Assembly: GCA_964631935.1 (NCBI GenBank)
Contig: CAZWAV010000004.1
Span: 9,179-73,178 of the forward strand
Origin: an uncultured Candidatus Saccharibacteria bacterium
GTDB lineage: Bacteria; Patescibacteriota; Minisyncoccia; Phycocordibacterales; UBA9973
Length of the DNA stretch: 64,000 bases
Direction of reading: 5' to 3'
The notes under the pieces are model-generated. The model was given only the letters and a program-made list of their open reading frames with translations, was not told where the DNA came from and ran no database searches. Within the stretch, counting starts at the first letter, position 1. Each line of letters begins with the position of its first letter. Below, one piece after another: positions 44,392-54,745 of the stretch. The translations under genes and the position numbers were made by a program.

Positions 44392-46515
44392 TTAAACTTT
44401 TGGTTTAAAGAAGTTCGGATCTGCTTCTTTTATGGATAAGTTGAGGCGTCCCTTTTCATCAACCTTAATTATTTTTACTGGCACTTTGTCTCCTTCTTTA
44501 AGGATATCAGAAACTTTCTCAACGCGGAATGGGGCAATCTCAGAAACATGGACAAGCCCTTCTGTTCCAGCAGCAATCCTCACGAATGCACCGAAGTCCA
44601 TAAGCTTTACGACTTCACCTTGTGCTTGATCACCTATTTTGTATTCATGTGTCATGTCTTCGATAATCTTTTTCGCTCGCTCTGCCCCGCCATCCTTACC
44701 AGTTATGATCACAGTCCCATCTTCTTCAATCGTAATTTCTGTACCTGTCTCTTCACGGATGGCATTTATGTTTTTACCGCCTGGGCCGATAACCATACCG
44801 ATTTGATCCTTGTTGATTTTTGCTACCACTATCATCGGAGCATTTGGAGATATACTTGCTCGTGGTGAAGGTATTTCAGAGACTATTGCTTCTAATATTT
44901 TTAGTCTAGCATTTCGTGCACGAGATAGGGCATCTTTTAGTATGGGGGCAGATATTCCATCCACCTTAACGTCGAGCTGGATTGCTGTGATACCATCTTT
45001 CGTTCCAGCAACCTTGAAATCCATATCACCGTAATGATCTTCTGGGCCTTGTATATCAGTAAGTAGTTTGTAATTATTTTTATCTTTCAAATCTATCATC
45101 GCACCTATTGATATACCAGCTACTGGAGTTTTTAGTGGTACACCACCATCCATAAGAGCCACAACTGATGCACAGATTGAAGCTTGGGAGGTCGATCCAT
45201 TTGAAGCGACTGATTCTGAGACGACACGTATTGTATATGGGAATGAAATTTTCTCTGGAATCACAGGAGTTATAGCTTTCTCAACAAGGAATCCGTGTCC
45301 CATTTCTCGACGATTAAGTCCACCCACACGGCCTGTTTCACCGCTTGAATATGGAGGGAAATTGTAATGATGCATGAATCTTTTCTTCGCAGAAAATTCA
45401 ATACCATCTATAGTATGCATACTCTCAGGTCCTGCAAGTGTCAGTACTGATAAGACATGCGTCTCACCACGGTAGAATATTCCAGAACCGTGTAACACGT
45501 CTGATATACCCCCTGCTTTTGCATAAAGAGCGCGGACTTCATCAAGTGCTCTGCCGTCTGCTCTCTTATTGTCTACTAATGCAGCATTATGAAACGCATG
45601 ATCAAGGTAGTGATGCATGTAGTCATGAGCAACATACTTATCTTTTTCATCATAAGCTACATACTTCTCGTCAATAATATTTTTCCAGAGCATTTCTGAT
45701 TCTGCTGTAATTTTTTTGCTATCTTTACTAAATAACCCAGCTTCAAGCATTGGTTGGACTTTTTCTTTAAAAAGGGCGACAACATCTTCTGGAACTTCAA
45801 CTTTCGGAAATGGAAGTTTCTCCTTTCCGAATTCTGCTCTTAGTTTGTTTTGGAAATCTTCCCATTTCGTAATTTCAGCAATTGCCATATCAAAGCACTT
45901 ACCCATCTCTTCTTCTGAAAGTTCAAATGCCATAGCCTCAATCATATTAATTGTTTGCTCTTTACCACAAACCAATAGATCAAGAGTGTATACTGGCTCA
46001 TCAGAATTTGGAATATAATTATTTATCTTTATTGTTTGTTCTTCTTTTGTTTTACTCACATGCACAGCACCAACTGGACCCTTCCATGGAATGTCTGATA
46101 CATGAAGTACGATTGAAGCTGCATTGATCCCTAAAGTTTTTGGATCTGCTTTACCAACCGCAATAACCGTGATAATAACTTGTACAGCATTCTTTATGTG
46201 ATGATCAAATAATGGACGTATTGTTCTGTCTGTCATACGAGCAGCAAGTATTGCTTGTTCAGAAGGTCTGCCTTCGCGTCGACTAAACTGACTTCCAAGA
46301 ATTTTTCCTGCCGCGTAAAACTTTTCTAAGTATTCAACTGTCAAATTGAAAAACCCAGGATTATTGTCTCCGCTTTTTGAAATAACAGCGGTGGCCATGA
46401 CTACTGTCCCCTCGCACTTGAGCATGACTGAACCATTAGCCTGTTCTGCCAAATCACTGAAAATAGCAGTAATCTTTTTACCGCCAATTTCTACTTCGTA
46501 TTCTTTACTGTGCAT
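44392..46515 (-). CDS. pnp: Polynucleotide phosphorylase
   Basis: Two RNase PH-like domains, a KH domain and a C-terminal S1 domain (GDQAQGEVVKLMDFGAFV). Typical length of about 700 aa. Confidence 0.95.
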   Translation of the reverse strand: MHSKEYEVEIGGKKITAIFSDLAEQANGSVMLKCEGTVVMATAVISKSGDNNPGFFNLTVEYLEKFYAAGKILGSQFSRREGRPSEQAILAARMTDRTIRPLFDHHIKNAVQVIITVIAVGKADPKTLGINAASIVLHVSDIPWKGPVGAVHVSKTKEEQTIKINNYIPNSDEPVYTLDLLVCGKEQTINMIEAMAFELSEEEMGKCFDMAIAEITKWEDFQNKLRAEFGKEKLPFPKVEVPEDVVALFKEKVQPMLEAGLFSKDSKKITAESEMLWKNIIDEKYVAYDEKDKYVAHDYMHHYLDHAFHNAALVDNKRADGRALDEVRALYAKAGGISDVLHGSGIFYRGETHVLSVLTLAGPESMHTIDGIEFSAKKRFMHHYNFPPYSSGETGRVGGLNRREMGHGFLVEKAITPVIPEKISFPYTIRVVSESVASNGSTSQASICASVVALMDGGVPLKTPVAGISIGAMIDLKDKNNYKLLTDIQGPEDHYGDMDFKVAGTKDGITAIQLDVKVDGISAPILKDALSRARNARLKILEAIVSEIPSPRASISPNAPMIVVAKINKDQIGMVIGPGGKNINAIREETGTEITIEEDGTVIITGKDGGAERAKKIIEDMTHEYKIGDQAQGEVVKLMDFGAFVRIAAGTEGLVHVSEIAPFRVEKVSDILKEGDKVPVKIIKVDEKGRLNLSIKEADPNFFKPKV

Positions 46516-46689
46516 ATATATATGAGCTAGTCCCCAGACCCTAGTTTTGAAACACTATTTTGGTTTCAACTCTATCCGTCTGGAGAATAACGAATTATTG
46601 CTTGTTAATAGATAAAGCATAGCAGAAAAATCATTTTTGACAAATAGAATTACTTATTATAGAGTAGGATTAACCAAAAAATTTGAACC

Positions 46690-47451
46690 ATGAAAAAATT
46701 AATATTTGACGACTACCCCTTTACTGTAAGGAAGGATATTGTAACATTCTCGCCAACCTTCATAAGTATGGCTGAGCAAATTAAAGAATTATCAAAAAAA
46801 GGTACTATTGAGCTTTATCTTGGAAGAATAAATGATAGCGGTATAAATATAACCACTGGCCTTATAAAATTTTTTAAGATCACTCAGCTGGATGAAAACA
46901 AGTTAAGGGTCCATTATCTTTCCGATATTGAAGAGGCCGATAAACAGAAAGCAACACTTGAAAAAACTATCCGCTTTGATAATCTTTTTGGAGAGATACC
47001 AGTTTTACCTGGTTATGACCAAATGCTGAAATTCTTTTCAATAGGTGAAGAACTTGAAGCCTATAGAAACTTTATTTATGATGCCAGAGAATTATTAAGA
47101 GAAAAAATCGGTGAACCTATTCAACTCTGCTATAAAAATGATTTCGATGAGGATGATAATGATAAAAAGAACAATAGCTTCTCTGTAATTGAAGGAATTG
47201 TAAAAGAAGTAAATAAAGGTAACATTTTTATGCATGATTACAAGGAAATCCTAGTAATCAATAATGCTACCGTCACCCCTGAAAATGTTTCAAGGAATAA
47301 AAATCACAGGTTTATTTCAGAAAAAGGGTATCTGTGTTCTATCTTTCCACCTCGCTTCTTCAGCGATGAATCAGGTTTTGATGACGGTAAGTCATTTGGC
47401 CAGGAAGCGACCTGGAAGTTTTCTGCACACATAGAAAGAGTAGTTGTTTAG
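46690..47451 (+). CDS. Hypothetical protein (253 aa), orphan + strand gene bracketed by terminators
   Basis: No recognisable motif. Own promoter region (46516-46689) and terminator at 47472-47499. Confidence 0.55.
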   Translation: MKKLIFDDYPFTVRKDIVTFSPTFISMAEQIKELSKKGTIELYLGRINDSGINITTGLIKFFKITQLDENKLRVHYLSDIEEADKQKATLEKTIRFDNLFGEIPVLPGYDQMLKFFSIGEELEAYRNFIYDARELLREKIGEPIQLCYKNDFDEDDNDKKNNSFSVIEGIVKEVNKGNIFMHDYKEILVINNATVTPENVSRNKNHRFISEKGYLCSIFPPRFFSDESGFDDGKSFGQEATWKFSAHIERVVV

Positions 47452-47471
47452 AATTTATTATCAAAATAAAA

Positions 47472-47499
47472 ATCCCAGCATTTATGCCGGGATTTTTTT
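47472..47499. terminator. Bidirectional intrinsic terminator
   Basis: TCCCAGCAT-TT-ATGCCGGGA hairpin followed by a T-tract (TTTTTTTAA). Confidence 0.55.
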
Positions 47500-47998
47500 A
47501 ATATATCAAATATTTTCTTGGGTTTTTGGAGAGGTCAATGAAGTCGTCGGCGACGTCCTTTAGTTTCATTGATGTTGATTTTCCAAATGAAACGACTTCG
47601 ACTTGGACGAGCATTCCTTGCAAATATTCAACAAGTGGAATAAAGTCCCCATCCCCGGCTACGAGTATAACTGCGTCGAGTCTCGGTGCCATCTTTATGG
47701 CATCGACAGTGATTCCTACATCCCAGTCTCCTTTCTTTGCTCCACCAGAGAATATCTGCAATTCCTTGGTCTTTGTCTCAATACCGAGTTTGGTCAATGC
47801 GTCAAAAAAGCTTTTCTCGCTCCCCCCTTCGCTTGTTATGACATACGCCGTAGCTCGTACTAGTTTTCTACCAGCGACAGCGTCTTTCAATACTGCTCCG
47901 AAGTTAACCTTTCTTTTATATAAATTTTTAGCGCTATGGTATAGATTCGAAGTATCTATAAATACGCCTACCCTCTGTTCTTTGTGTTTTATTATCAT
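47498..47998 (-). CDS. NYN-domain (LabA-like, PIN-related) protein
   Basis: RVGVFIDTSNLYHSAKN ... VILVAGDGDFIPLVEYLQ, the typical NYN acidic residues. Confidence 0.75.
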   Translation of the reverse strand: MIIKHKEQRVGVFIDTSNLYHSAKNLYKRKVNFGAVLKDAVAGRKLVRATAYVITSEGGSEKSFFDALTKLGIETKTKELQIFSGGAKKGDWDVGITVDAIKMAPRLDAVILVAGDGDFIPLVEYLQGMLVQVEVVSFGKSTSMKLKDVADDFIDLSKNPRKYLIY

Positions 47999-48049
47999 AT
48001 CTGTCTATTAATAGTACTCCTTTTATAATTTTTGGCTATTAAACAAAAT

Positions 48050-48068
48050 GCCCCGACCGAAGTCGGGA
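48050..48068 (-). terminator. Intrinsic terminator downstream of rpsO
   Basis: GCCCCGAC-CGAAG-TCGGGAC hairpin; on the minus strand it is followed by a U-rich tract. Confidence 0.5.
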
Positions 48069-48076
48069 CACAATGT

Positions 48077-48346
48077 TTACGCTTTTAATAATTTAGTTTG
48101 AGATGCGAATCGTGTCTTGTCTGTCTTCTCAAGGTGTTTCAGGTGGCTTCGGCGATCAGCAACCATTTTGATCAATCCTCGGCGTGAGTGATTGTCTTTC
48201 TTGTGTTCCTTTAGGTGGCTTGCAAGCTCATCTATTCTTTTGCTAAGAATTGCAATCTGCACTTCAGGTGAACCAGTATCTTTTTCGTGAAGCTGGCTTT
48301 TCTTTATAATATTTTGCTTTTTCTTTGTTGTTAACATTACTCCCAT
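48077..48346 (-). CDS. rpsO: 30S ribosomal protein S15
   Basis: 89 aa with the S15 signature ...[23 protein letters not shown]...; upstream of pnp as usual. Confidence 0.9.
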   Translation of the reverse strand: MGVMLTTKKKQNIIKKSQLHEKDTGSPEVQIAILSKRIDELASHLKEHKKDNHSRRGLIKMVADRRSHLKHLEKTDKTRFASQTKLLKA

Positions 48347-48499
48347 ATACTAGCACATATTCTAAAAAAATGCAAGACCCATATGGACTCTAATGTTGGG
48401 TTACTTTTTTAGTCAATTTCTATTATTTTAGTGATTTAGACAAAATAAAGGGCCGCTGATTTTTCAGCGACCCTTTGACTTAAAAGTGATTTCGATTAT

Positions 48500-49141
48500 T
48501 TAGGTATTTTTATATCTGTCACCAGCATCTCCAAGACCCGGGTATATATAGTTGTTTGTCCCAAGCTCGGGATCTTTCGCAGCACAGTATATTTTTACAT
48601 CTGGATGTGCTTCCATGATAGCATTCAGGCCTTTGTCGCATGATACAATTCCCATATAAGCAATATTTCTTGCTCCGGTCTTTTTTACCTTGTCAATTGC
48701 AACAACGGCAGACTTACCTGTTGCAATCATTGGGTCAAGTATTACCACCAACCTATTAGCATCTAATTTTTCTGGAAGTTTGTTTGAATACTCAACGATA
48801 TTTATATCAACTGAACTGCTCTCATCTCTCCGCAGGCCAATATCATAACTGGGCATGTCTGGCAATATTTCCCACATAGCACTTTCCATAGATAGTCCCG
48901 CTCGCGTTATAGGTATTATGCATGGCATGTTTTCAACCTGGTATGCGTACATTTCCATCATGGGTGTTTTAACCCTTATTTTTTTCAAGGGTAAGTTTTT
49001 GAATGCCTCACTTCCCATGATAAAAGCAATGTCATACAATTGTCCTCTGAATTCTTTTGGAGGAGTTAATTCATTTCTAAGTATTGCCATCTTGTGAGCA
49101 ATCACAGCATGATCACTGAAGATGTGAATGTTTGGGTTCAT
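48500..49141 (-). CDS. upp: Uracil phosphoribosyltransferase
   Basis: HAVIAHKMAILRNELTPPKEFR near the N-terminus, a PRPP-binding loop VVILDPMIATGKSAV, and the C-terminal IYPGLGDAGDR. Confidence 0.9.
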   Translation of the reverse strand: MNPNIHIFSDHAVIAHKMAILRNELTPPKEFRGQLYDIAFIMGSEAFKNLPLKKIRVKTPMMEMYAYQVENMPCIIPITRAGLSMESAMWEILPDMPSYDIGLRRDESSSVDINIVEYSNKLPEKLDANRLVVILDPMIATGKSAVVAIDKVKKTGARNIAYMGIVSCDKGLNAIMEAHPDVKIYCAAKDPELGTNNYIYPGLGDAGDRYKNT

Positions 49142-49145
49142 TTCT

Positions 49146-49721
49146 TTAATTTTTTGCGTTATGAATTTTTTGCGTTTTGTACATTATTTGTTTGTAGCTT
49201 CGATGTTCATCTCCCCAATCCATACCATACCCGAACAACCATAAATCCGGGAACAATTCATTGATTAGTTTATATCCTATTGGGCCTGCAAAGGTATGAC
49301 CCTTTTTTACACCAATCACTGCGTACGTGAGAGATTCAGGATTCAATTTAATTAAATAATCATGTGTACTATTTAATGTGTCTCCTTTGTCTACCAGATC
49401 TTCAATTACAATTACATTCTTGCCTGATAGTGATAAGTTTGGTTTATGTATAATTTCTACATCCCCTACCGCCTCTCCTTTGGAGTTATATCTTGTTGCC
49501 GTTATGTTTTCCCTTGCGTGTTTGAGGCCACGCTTTTCAAGAGCACGAGATAAATCAATGCCGAAATCCATACCCCCATTCATAATGATAAGCAGAACAA
49601 TGTTTTCCTTATCTTTATAATCGTGATATATTTTGTCAGCCAAAAACTGAACATTTTTTTGGATCTCTTTTTCTGTATGCAATATCTTGCATACAAAATC
49701 ATTAATAACAATTTTTTTCAT
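49146..49721 (-). CDS. hpt: Hypoxanthine-guanine phosphoribosyltransferase
   Basis: Type I PRTase motif VIVIEDLVDKGDTL; size and N-terminal region fit Hpt. Confidence 0.85.
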   Translation of the reverse strand: MKKIVINDFVCKILHTEKEIQKNVQFLADKIYHDYKDKENIVLLIIMNGGMDFGIDLSRALEKRGLKHARENITATRYNSKGEAVGDVEIIHKPNLSLSGKNVIVIEDLVDKGDTLNSTHDYLIKLNPESLTYAVIGVKKGHTFAGPIGYKLINELFPDLWLFGYGMDWGDEHRSYKQIMYKTQKIHNAKN

Positions 49722-49852
49722 ATTTTATCTTTTTAAATTTTCAAAAATCAATTAACTATTTGCCGATACTAATACACTTTTAGGGAAATGTCAAAACTAT
49801 AAAAAGCATACTCCTTCATTATTTTAATGTCGCAAAATATTGTATAATTACT

Positions 49853-50776
49853 TTGTATATGGCTTCACGACTCGATCAATTAAAAAGAGAATTCCTTGAA
49901 CATGTTGAGATTGAAAAAGGCAACAGTTTAAAGACGGTGAATAATTACGATCACTATCTTTCTCGGTTTTTTGAGTTTGCGAAAATTACTGAACCAAAAC
50001 AAATAAGCGATGATAAGATTCGCGAATTCCGCTTATTTCTAAATCGCCAGCCTGGAGTGAAAATTCGTGGCCAACAAGCAAGTACTCTCAAGAAAAATAC
50101 TCAGAACTACCATCTCATTGCTATTCGTTCATTTCTAAAATACATGATGAAGCGCGACGTGTCTTCCCTTGCCCCTGATCGTATAGAATTAGCTAAGATA
50201 AAAGAACGATCTCTTGATCTCATCTCTGTTGAAGAACTAAAAAGATTACTAAGTGCACCAGATGTTACTAACCCGAAAGGTCTTCGCGATAAAGCAATTC
50301 TTGAATTATTTTTCTCTACTGGACTCCGTCTCTCTGAGCTTTCTTCTCTTGATCGCGACCTAGATCTTTCTAAGGATGAATTCTCTGTTCGTGGTAAGGG
50401 AGAAAAAGTCCGTGTTGTGTTTCTTTCTGATTCAGCCAAAAGTGCGATTCGTGATTACCTTAAAGGGCGCAAAGATTTAGATGAACCACTATTTGCCCAA
50501 CAATCAAGAAACGGGGCAAAAGGTAATCGTCTTACTCCACGCTCAATCGAACGTATTGTAAAGTTCTATGCGATCAAAGCTGGAATATCAAAGAAGGTTA
50601 CTCCCCACGTTATTCGTCACTCCTTTGCCACTGATTTACTTTCAAATGGGGCTGATATTCGATCAGTACAAATGATGCTTGGCCATGCTAATATAGCTAC
50701 AACCCAGATATACACTCATGTTACAGACAGTCAGCTTCGCGATATACATAAAAAGTTCCACAGCAAGAGTAAATAG
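49853..50776 (+). CDS. xerC: Tyrosine recombinase XerC/XerD family
   Basis: C-terminal catalytic region RHSFATDLLSNGADIRSVQMMLGHANIATTQIYTHV (R...H..R...Y). Confidence 0.9.
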   Translation: MYMASRLDQLKREFLEHVEIEKGNSLKTVNNYDHYLSRFFEFAKITEPKQISDDKIREFRLFLNRQPGVKIRGQQASTLKKNTQNYHLIAIRSFLKYMMKRDVSSLAPDRIELAKIKERSLDLISVEELKRLLSAPDVTNPKGLRDKAILELFFSTGLRLSELSSLDRDLDLSKDEFSVRGKGEKVRVVFLSDSAKSAIRDYLKGRKDLDEPLFAQQSRNGAKGNRLTPRSIERIVKFYAIKAGISKKVTPHVIRHSFATDLLSNGADIRSVQMMLGHANIATTQIYTHVTDSQLRDIHKKFHSKSK

Positions 50777-50782
50777 TCATAT

Positions 50783-51577
50783 ATGAAAATAATTTCTTGG
50801 AATACAAATGGATTACGTGCAACGGTTAAACAGGGATACTTTGAACCCCTATTTTCAAAATACAAACCAGATATATTATGTCTTCAAGAGACAAAAGTAG
50901 AAGCCGAACAGTTGCCCGATGAAGTAAAAAATATTAAAGGATATACTTCATATTTCTCACATTCAAAAGGACGCAAGGGTTACAGTGGAGTAGCAGTTTA
51001 CACGAAAATACAACCAGATAAAGTTGAAGAGATTATGGGTATTGATCACCTTGATTCTGAGGGTCGCCTTCTTGTGCTTTATTTTAATAAAGACGCATTT
51101 GGTTTCGGCAAGAAAACTATTTTACTAAATTGCTATTTCCCTAATGGTGGAGGTGGCCCAGTTCGACTCGATTACAAACTTAAATTCTATGATGCGTTTT
51201 TAGAATTTATTGATAAGAAAAAGAAAGCAGGTTACGCTATTATTTTCACTGGTGATATAAATACTGCTCATGAAGAAATAGATTTAGCTCGACCAAAAGC
51301 AAATGAAGAAAATACTGGCTTCCTTCCTGTCGAGCGCGCATGGATTGATGAAGTTGTATCTCATGGTTACGTAGACACGTTTCGCTCCCTATACCCTACT
51401 AAGAAAGACACATACTCTTACTGGGACCAGAAGTCAGGCGCTCGAGACAGAAATGTCGGCTGGCGCATCGATTACTTTTTTGTTTCTTCTGATATCATGA
51501 AAAATATAAAAGATTCAAAAATGCTTACTGATTATTTTGGTTCCGATCACTGCCCTATTGTCCTTGAGGTAAACTAA
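50783..51577 (+). CDS. xth: Exodeoxyribonuclease III / AP endonuclease
   Basis: MKIISWNTNGLRA..., DILCLQETK, GSDHCP C-terminal motif. Confidence 0.9.
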   Translation: MKIISWNTNGLRATVKQGYFEPLFSKYKPDILCLQETKVEAEQLPDEVKNIKGYTSYFSHSKGRKGYSGVAVYTKIQPDKVEEIMGIDHLDSEGRLLVLYFNKDAFGFGKKTILLNCYFPNGGGGPVRLDYKLKFYDAFLEFIDKKKKAGYAIIFTGDINTAHEEIDLARPKANEENTGFLPVERAWIDEVVSHGYVDTFRSLYPTKKDTYSYWDQKSGARDRNVGWRIDYFFVSSDIMKNIKDSKMLTDYFGSDHCPIVLEVN

Positions 51578-51580
51578 AAA

Positions 51581-51608
51581 ATTCTCACAAGCTTGTGAGA
51601 ATTTTTTA
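51581..51608. terminator. Bidirectional intrinsic terminator (perfect palindrome)
   Basis: ATTCTCACAAGCTTGTGAGAAT followed by TTTTTAG. Confidence 0.7.
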
Positions 51609-51612
51609 GTTA

Positions 51613-52104
51613 TTATACTTTTGGTGGCTGGTCCATTCCTGCCCAGAGATTCATTGTGCCAATATTTTCTGTTCCTGATTGTTTCATGTATAGGAAGAGT
51701 TGCATTTTGTACGCAGCGGCGATAGAAAGCATTCCCATTAAATGAAGCGCCTTACTTTGGTTTCTTCCCCACATATTTACTTCGGTCTTGAGATCTTCTT
51801 CTGAAAGAGATTTTATTAGTTTTTCTACCTCTAATAATTCTTTGTCCATGAGCTCTGAAAAATTTTCTAATGTAGGAACTTCCCCTGCCCCAAGGTATTT
51901 CTTGTATGCACTACCATCACCAGTAACGACTCCTTCAACCCCAGATATAAATATCTGAGTAAGATATGCCATAAGTTCCTGCATGTTTCGTTGAGGTTCA
52001 GTTGGCTTATGAGAAAGTTGCTCTGGCTTTATTTTTTCTGATAAGTGTTTAATAATTCTAAATTCATTCCCTAATATTCCTAGATATTGTTCTTTTGAAA
52101 TCAT
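51613..52104 (-). CDS. Hypothetical protein (possibly a DinB/YfiT-like helical bundle)
   Basis: 163 aa, helical, no firm motif. The family suggestion is weak. Confidence 0.45.
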   Translation of the reverse strand: MISKEQYLGILGNEFRIIKHLSEKIKPEQLSHKPTEPQRNMQELMAYLTQIFISGVEGVVTGDGSAYKKYLGAGEVPTLENFSELMDKELLEVEKLIKSLSEEDLKTEVNMWGRNQSKALHLMGMLSIAAAYKMQLFLYMKQSGTENIGTMNLWAGMDQPPKV

Positions 52105-52150
52105 AAAATATTTTTTATCTATTAATGTACGTAGAGTATATCACAAGAAT

Positions 52151-53662
52151 TTATCTTTTTACTCCATGCTTAGAGTGCACTTTCTCTATCTCTTCCTCCT
52201 CTAATTTTTCTTTTAGATCTTTAGCTTTCTCACCTAAAGTTTTCAATTCTTGATCATCTAGTTTGTCTAATTCTAAAACTCTATCTTTTAAGTACGGAGC
52301 AGTATTTTTTTTAGGATCATCAAGAACTTCTTCAAGCAATGCGTGTAGTATCCAACCCATTCTTCGTGACGGACTCATTCCTAATTCTTTTATTAATACT
52401 TCCCCATCAATAGCGAGCTGTCCAACTGAGAGTGGGTCACGCAAAACTTCATCTATCATTGCATGGTATTTGCGTAGACGATAAGGTGCCTCTTTCTTTT
52501 TCATGCCTACCCTGTCACACTCTCTTATTTCCATTAGTTGCCATACATGTTCTTTACCTACCTTCTGCACAATTCTTCTTACGGCGGAAAGAGTTATCTG
52601 TTCTGTGTCTGAGAAGAACATATGATTACGCACAAGCGAAACCACAAGGTCTGTAGTTTTCTTCGGATATTTTAATCTCTCCATTATTGCTTTTGCCATT
52701 CGAGCCCCTATAACTTCATGTCCATAGAATGTATAAGCTTTTTTATCCCCAGGTCTACGACTCTTAGGCTTACCTATGTCATGGAATAAAGCGGCAAGCC
52801 TTATCTCGGTACTGTAGCCTTTATCTGCGGCATGGCCCAATGCTCCTAGTAAATGTTCAAATACATCATATATATGTGCCCCACCTTGTTCACACCCAAT
52901 TCCCTCTTCAAGTTCAGGAATGATATATTTTAATAATTTTAATTTTTGAAGTAAAACCATACCACTGCTAGGATTCTTACTTTCTATAATTTTTGTAAAT
53001 TCATCACGAATTCTTTCTGCTGAAATATTTTTTATAAGATCAGAGTTATCCACAATAGCACTCATCGTTTCATAAGAAATTGCAAAATCTAATTGTGTGG
53101 AAAACCTTACTGCTCGAAGCATACGCAATGCATCTTCATTGAATCTATCAGGAGCCTGCCCTACAGCCCTAATTGTTTTGTCCTTTATGTCTTCTTGTCC
53201 TTTATAAAGGTCAATAATCTGTCCTTTATTGGGATTGTAGGCTAGAGCATTTACCGTAAAGTCGCGTCTTTTAAGATCATCTTCAAGATTATTGCTGAAT
53301 TTTACCTGATCTGGATGTCTAAAATCGCTATATTTTGCTTCAATTCTGTAAGGAGTAACCTCTACAATGTAGTATTCTGGTGTTTCATGTGTAACATCAA
53401 AATTTGTTTCATGATTAACCTTTTCTATACAAACTCCAACAGTTCCATATGTATTTTCATATACAGTCTTTTCAAATAAGGATACTATCTTTTCTGGCGT
53501 TGCATTTGTTGTAATATCCCAATCTTTGGGTACTCTTTCCATAATAAGATCTCGAACACAGCCACCAACAAGAAAAGCCTCAAATCCTGATTTTTCGAGG
53601 GTTTCTGTTACATGTGTAACATATGATGGTATTTTTGAGTTATTTATAGGCTTTTCGGCCAT
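52151..53662 (-). CDS. cca: CCA-adding enzyme / tRNA nucleotidyltransferase with C-terminal HD domain
   Basis: Pol-beta head FLVGGCVRDLIMERVPKDWDITT and a later HD motif LFHDIGK. Confidence 0.85.
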   Translation of the reverse strand: MAEKPINNSKIPSYVTHVTETLEKSGFEAFLVGGCVRDLIMERVPKDWDITTNATPEKIVSLFEKTVYENTYGTVGVCIEKVNHETNFDVTHETPEYYIVEVTPYRIEAKYSDFRHPDQVKFSNNLEDDLKRRDFTVNALAYNPNKGQIIDLYKGQEDIKDKTIRAVGQAPDRFNEDALRMLRAVRFSTQLDFAISYETMSAIVDNSDLIKNISAERIRDEFTKIIESKNPSSGMVLLQKLKLLKYIIPELEEGIGCEQGGAHIYDVFEHLLGALGHAADKGYSTEIRLAALFHDIGKPKSRRPGDKKAYTFYGHEVIGARMAKAIMERLKYPKKTTDLVVSLVRNHMFFSDTEQITLSAVRRIVQKVGKEHVWQLMEIRECDRVGMKKKEAPYRLRKYHAMIDEVLRDPLSVGQLAIDGEVLIKELGMSPSRRMGWILHALLEEVLDDPKKNTAPYLKDRVLELDKLDDQELKTLGEKAKDLKEKLEEEEIEKVHSKHGVKR

Positions 53663-53673
53663 AAAGTTATTTG

Positions 53674-53744
53674 TGCGGGATAGGAGAATCGAACTCCTGT
53701 CTCATCCTTGGCAAGGACGTGTTCTACCACTAAACCAATCCCGC
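53674..53744 (-). tRNA. tRNA-Gly (anticodon GCC); CCA not encoded
   Basis: Reverse complement folds as a cloverleaf: acceptor GCGGGAT/ATCCCGC, anticodon stem CGTCC/GGATG with loop TTGCCAA, T-loop TTCGATT. Confidence 0.85.
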
Positions 53745-53871
53745 ATATTATTTATAACTGGTTCAAATTATAGTATTTTTAAGCATAAATTGCAATTTAT
53801 TTTTTTAGCCTTGAAATATAAACTATCTTTGTAAATAGGTATTATTTATGTATAATAGATAGTAGTTTTAT

Positions 53872-53943
53872 GCACCCATGGTGAAATGGATATCACGACG
53901 GTCTTCGGAACCGTTATTGGGGGTTCGAATCCCTCTGGGTGCA
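53872..53943 (+). tRNA. tRNA-Arg (anticodon TCG); CCA not encoded
   Basis: Acceptor GCACCCA/TGGGTGC, anticodon stem ACGGT/ACCGT with loop CTTCGGA, T-loop TTCGAAT. TATAAT at 53851-53856 lies upstream. Confidence 0.85.
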
Positions 53944-54183
53944 CAATTATCTTTGACCTTTATTGGTCTTTTATACACAGAATAAAACCTTTTAAATTAA
54001 GAATTTTGTGGATAACTATGTGTGCATTGTTAATAAAAGACATATTTAATTTTATAAGTCATAAAGTATTATTTATAGCCATATTTGTTTAAACGTTGCT
54101 ATTTAAGGATATTTATTGAGGGACAGTATTTAAAGATCTAATAAATGTCCTATAAATGGTTAAACGTTTCACGTGAAACGTTT

Positions 54184-54588
54184 ATGAAAAAATTTACCTC
54201 TAATTCACAAAAAATAGGTCAATTAGGCGAAGATGTAGCATGTAAGTTTCTCATGAAACATCAGTTTTCTATATTAGAAAGGAATTATACTAAGAAATGG
54301 GGTGAAATAGATATAATTGCTCAAAAAGATAATAAACTATATTTTATTGAAGTTAAATCTGTTTCTTGTGAAACACTGCCAGACTTCAAAAATGATAATC
54401 CTTTTATAAAAAGACCAGAGGAAAATATGCACCCCTGGAAGATCAAAAGATTGGCAAAAACTGTCCAAACTTATCTAATACACAAAAGAATAGGGAATAC
54501 ACCTTGGCAATTTGACGTACTCCTTGTTTATTTAAATATCAAAAGTAGAACGGCTCGAGTGAAGATAATAGCTAATATTATTTTATAA
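54184..54588 (+). CDS. yraN: YraN/UPF0102 family endonuclease-fold protein
   Basis: GEIDIIAQKDNKLYFIEVKS core motif. The track ORF starts at 54145; MKKFTS... at 54184 is the more likely start. Confidence 0.7.
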   Translation: MKKFTSNSQKIGQLGEDVACKFLMKHQFSILERNYTKKWGEIDIIAQKDNKLYFIEVKSVSCETLPDFKNDNPFIKRPEENMHPWKIKRLAKTVQTYLIHKRIGNTPWQFDVLLVYLNIKSRTARVKIIANIIL

Positions 54589-54634
54589 TTGTTTTTAATA
54601 AAAAATGTGCTAATATAAAGGAATTGTTTAATTT

Positions 54635-54705
54635 CGGGGTGTAGTACACCGGTAGTATACGCGGTTTGGGACCGTGAGAACAGGGTTCAATTCCCTGCAC
54701 CCCGA
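54635..54705 (+). tRNA. tRNA-Pro (anticodon TGG); CCA not encoded
   Basis: Acceptor CGGGGTG/CACCCCG, anticodon stem CGCGG/CCGTG with loop TTTGGGA, T-loop TTCAATT. Confidence 0.85.
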
Positions 54706-54745
54706 CAATAGAAAAACCTATACAGGCTTTTCTTTAAAGAGATAT

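Noticed and set aside
47526-48011. 161-aa + strand ORF
   Set aside because: It is antisense to the well-supported NYN-domain gene and has a low-complexity S/T-rich translation.
53526-53834. 102-aa + strand ORF
   Set aside because: It overlaps the 3' end of the cca gene and runs through the tRNA-Gly(GCC) gene. Artefact.
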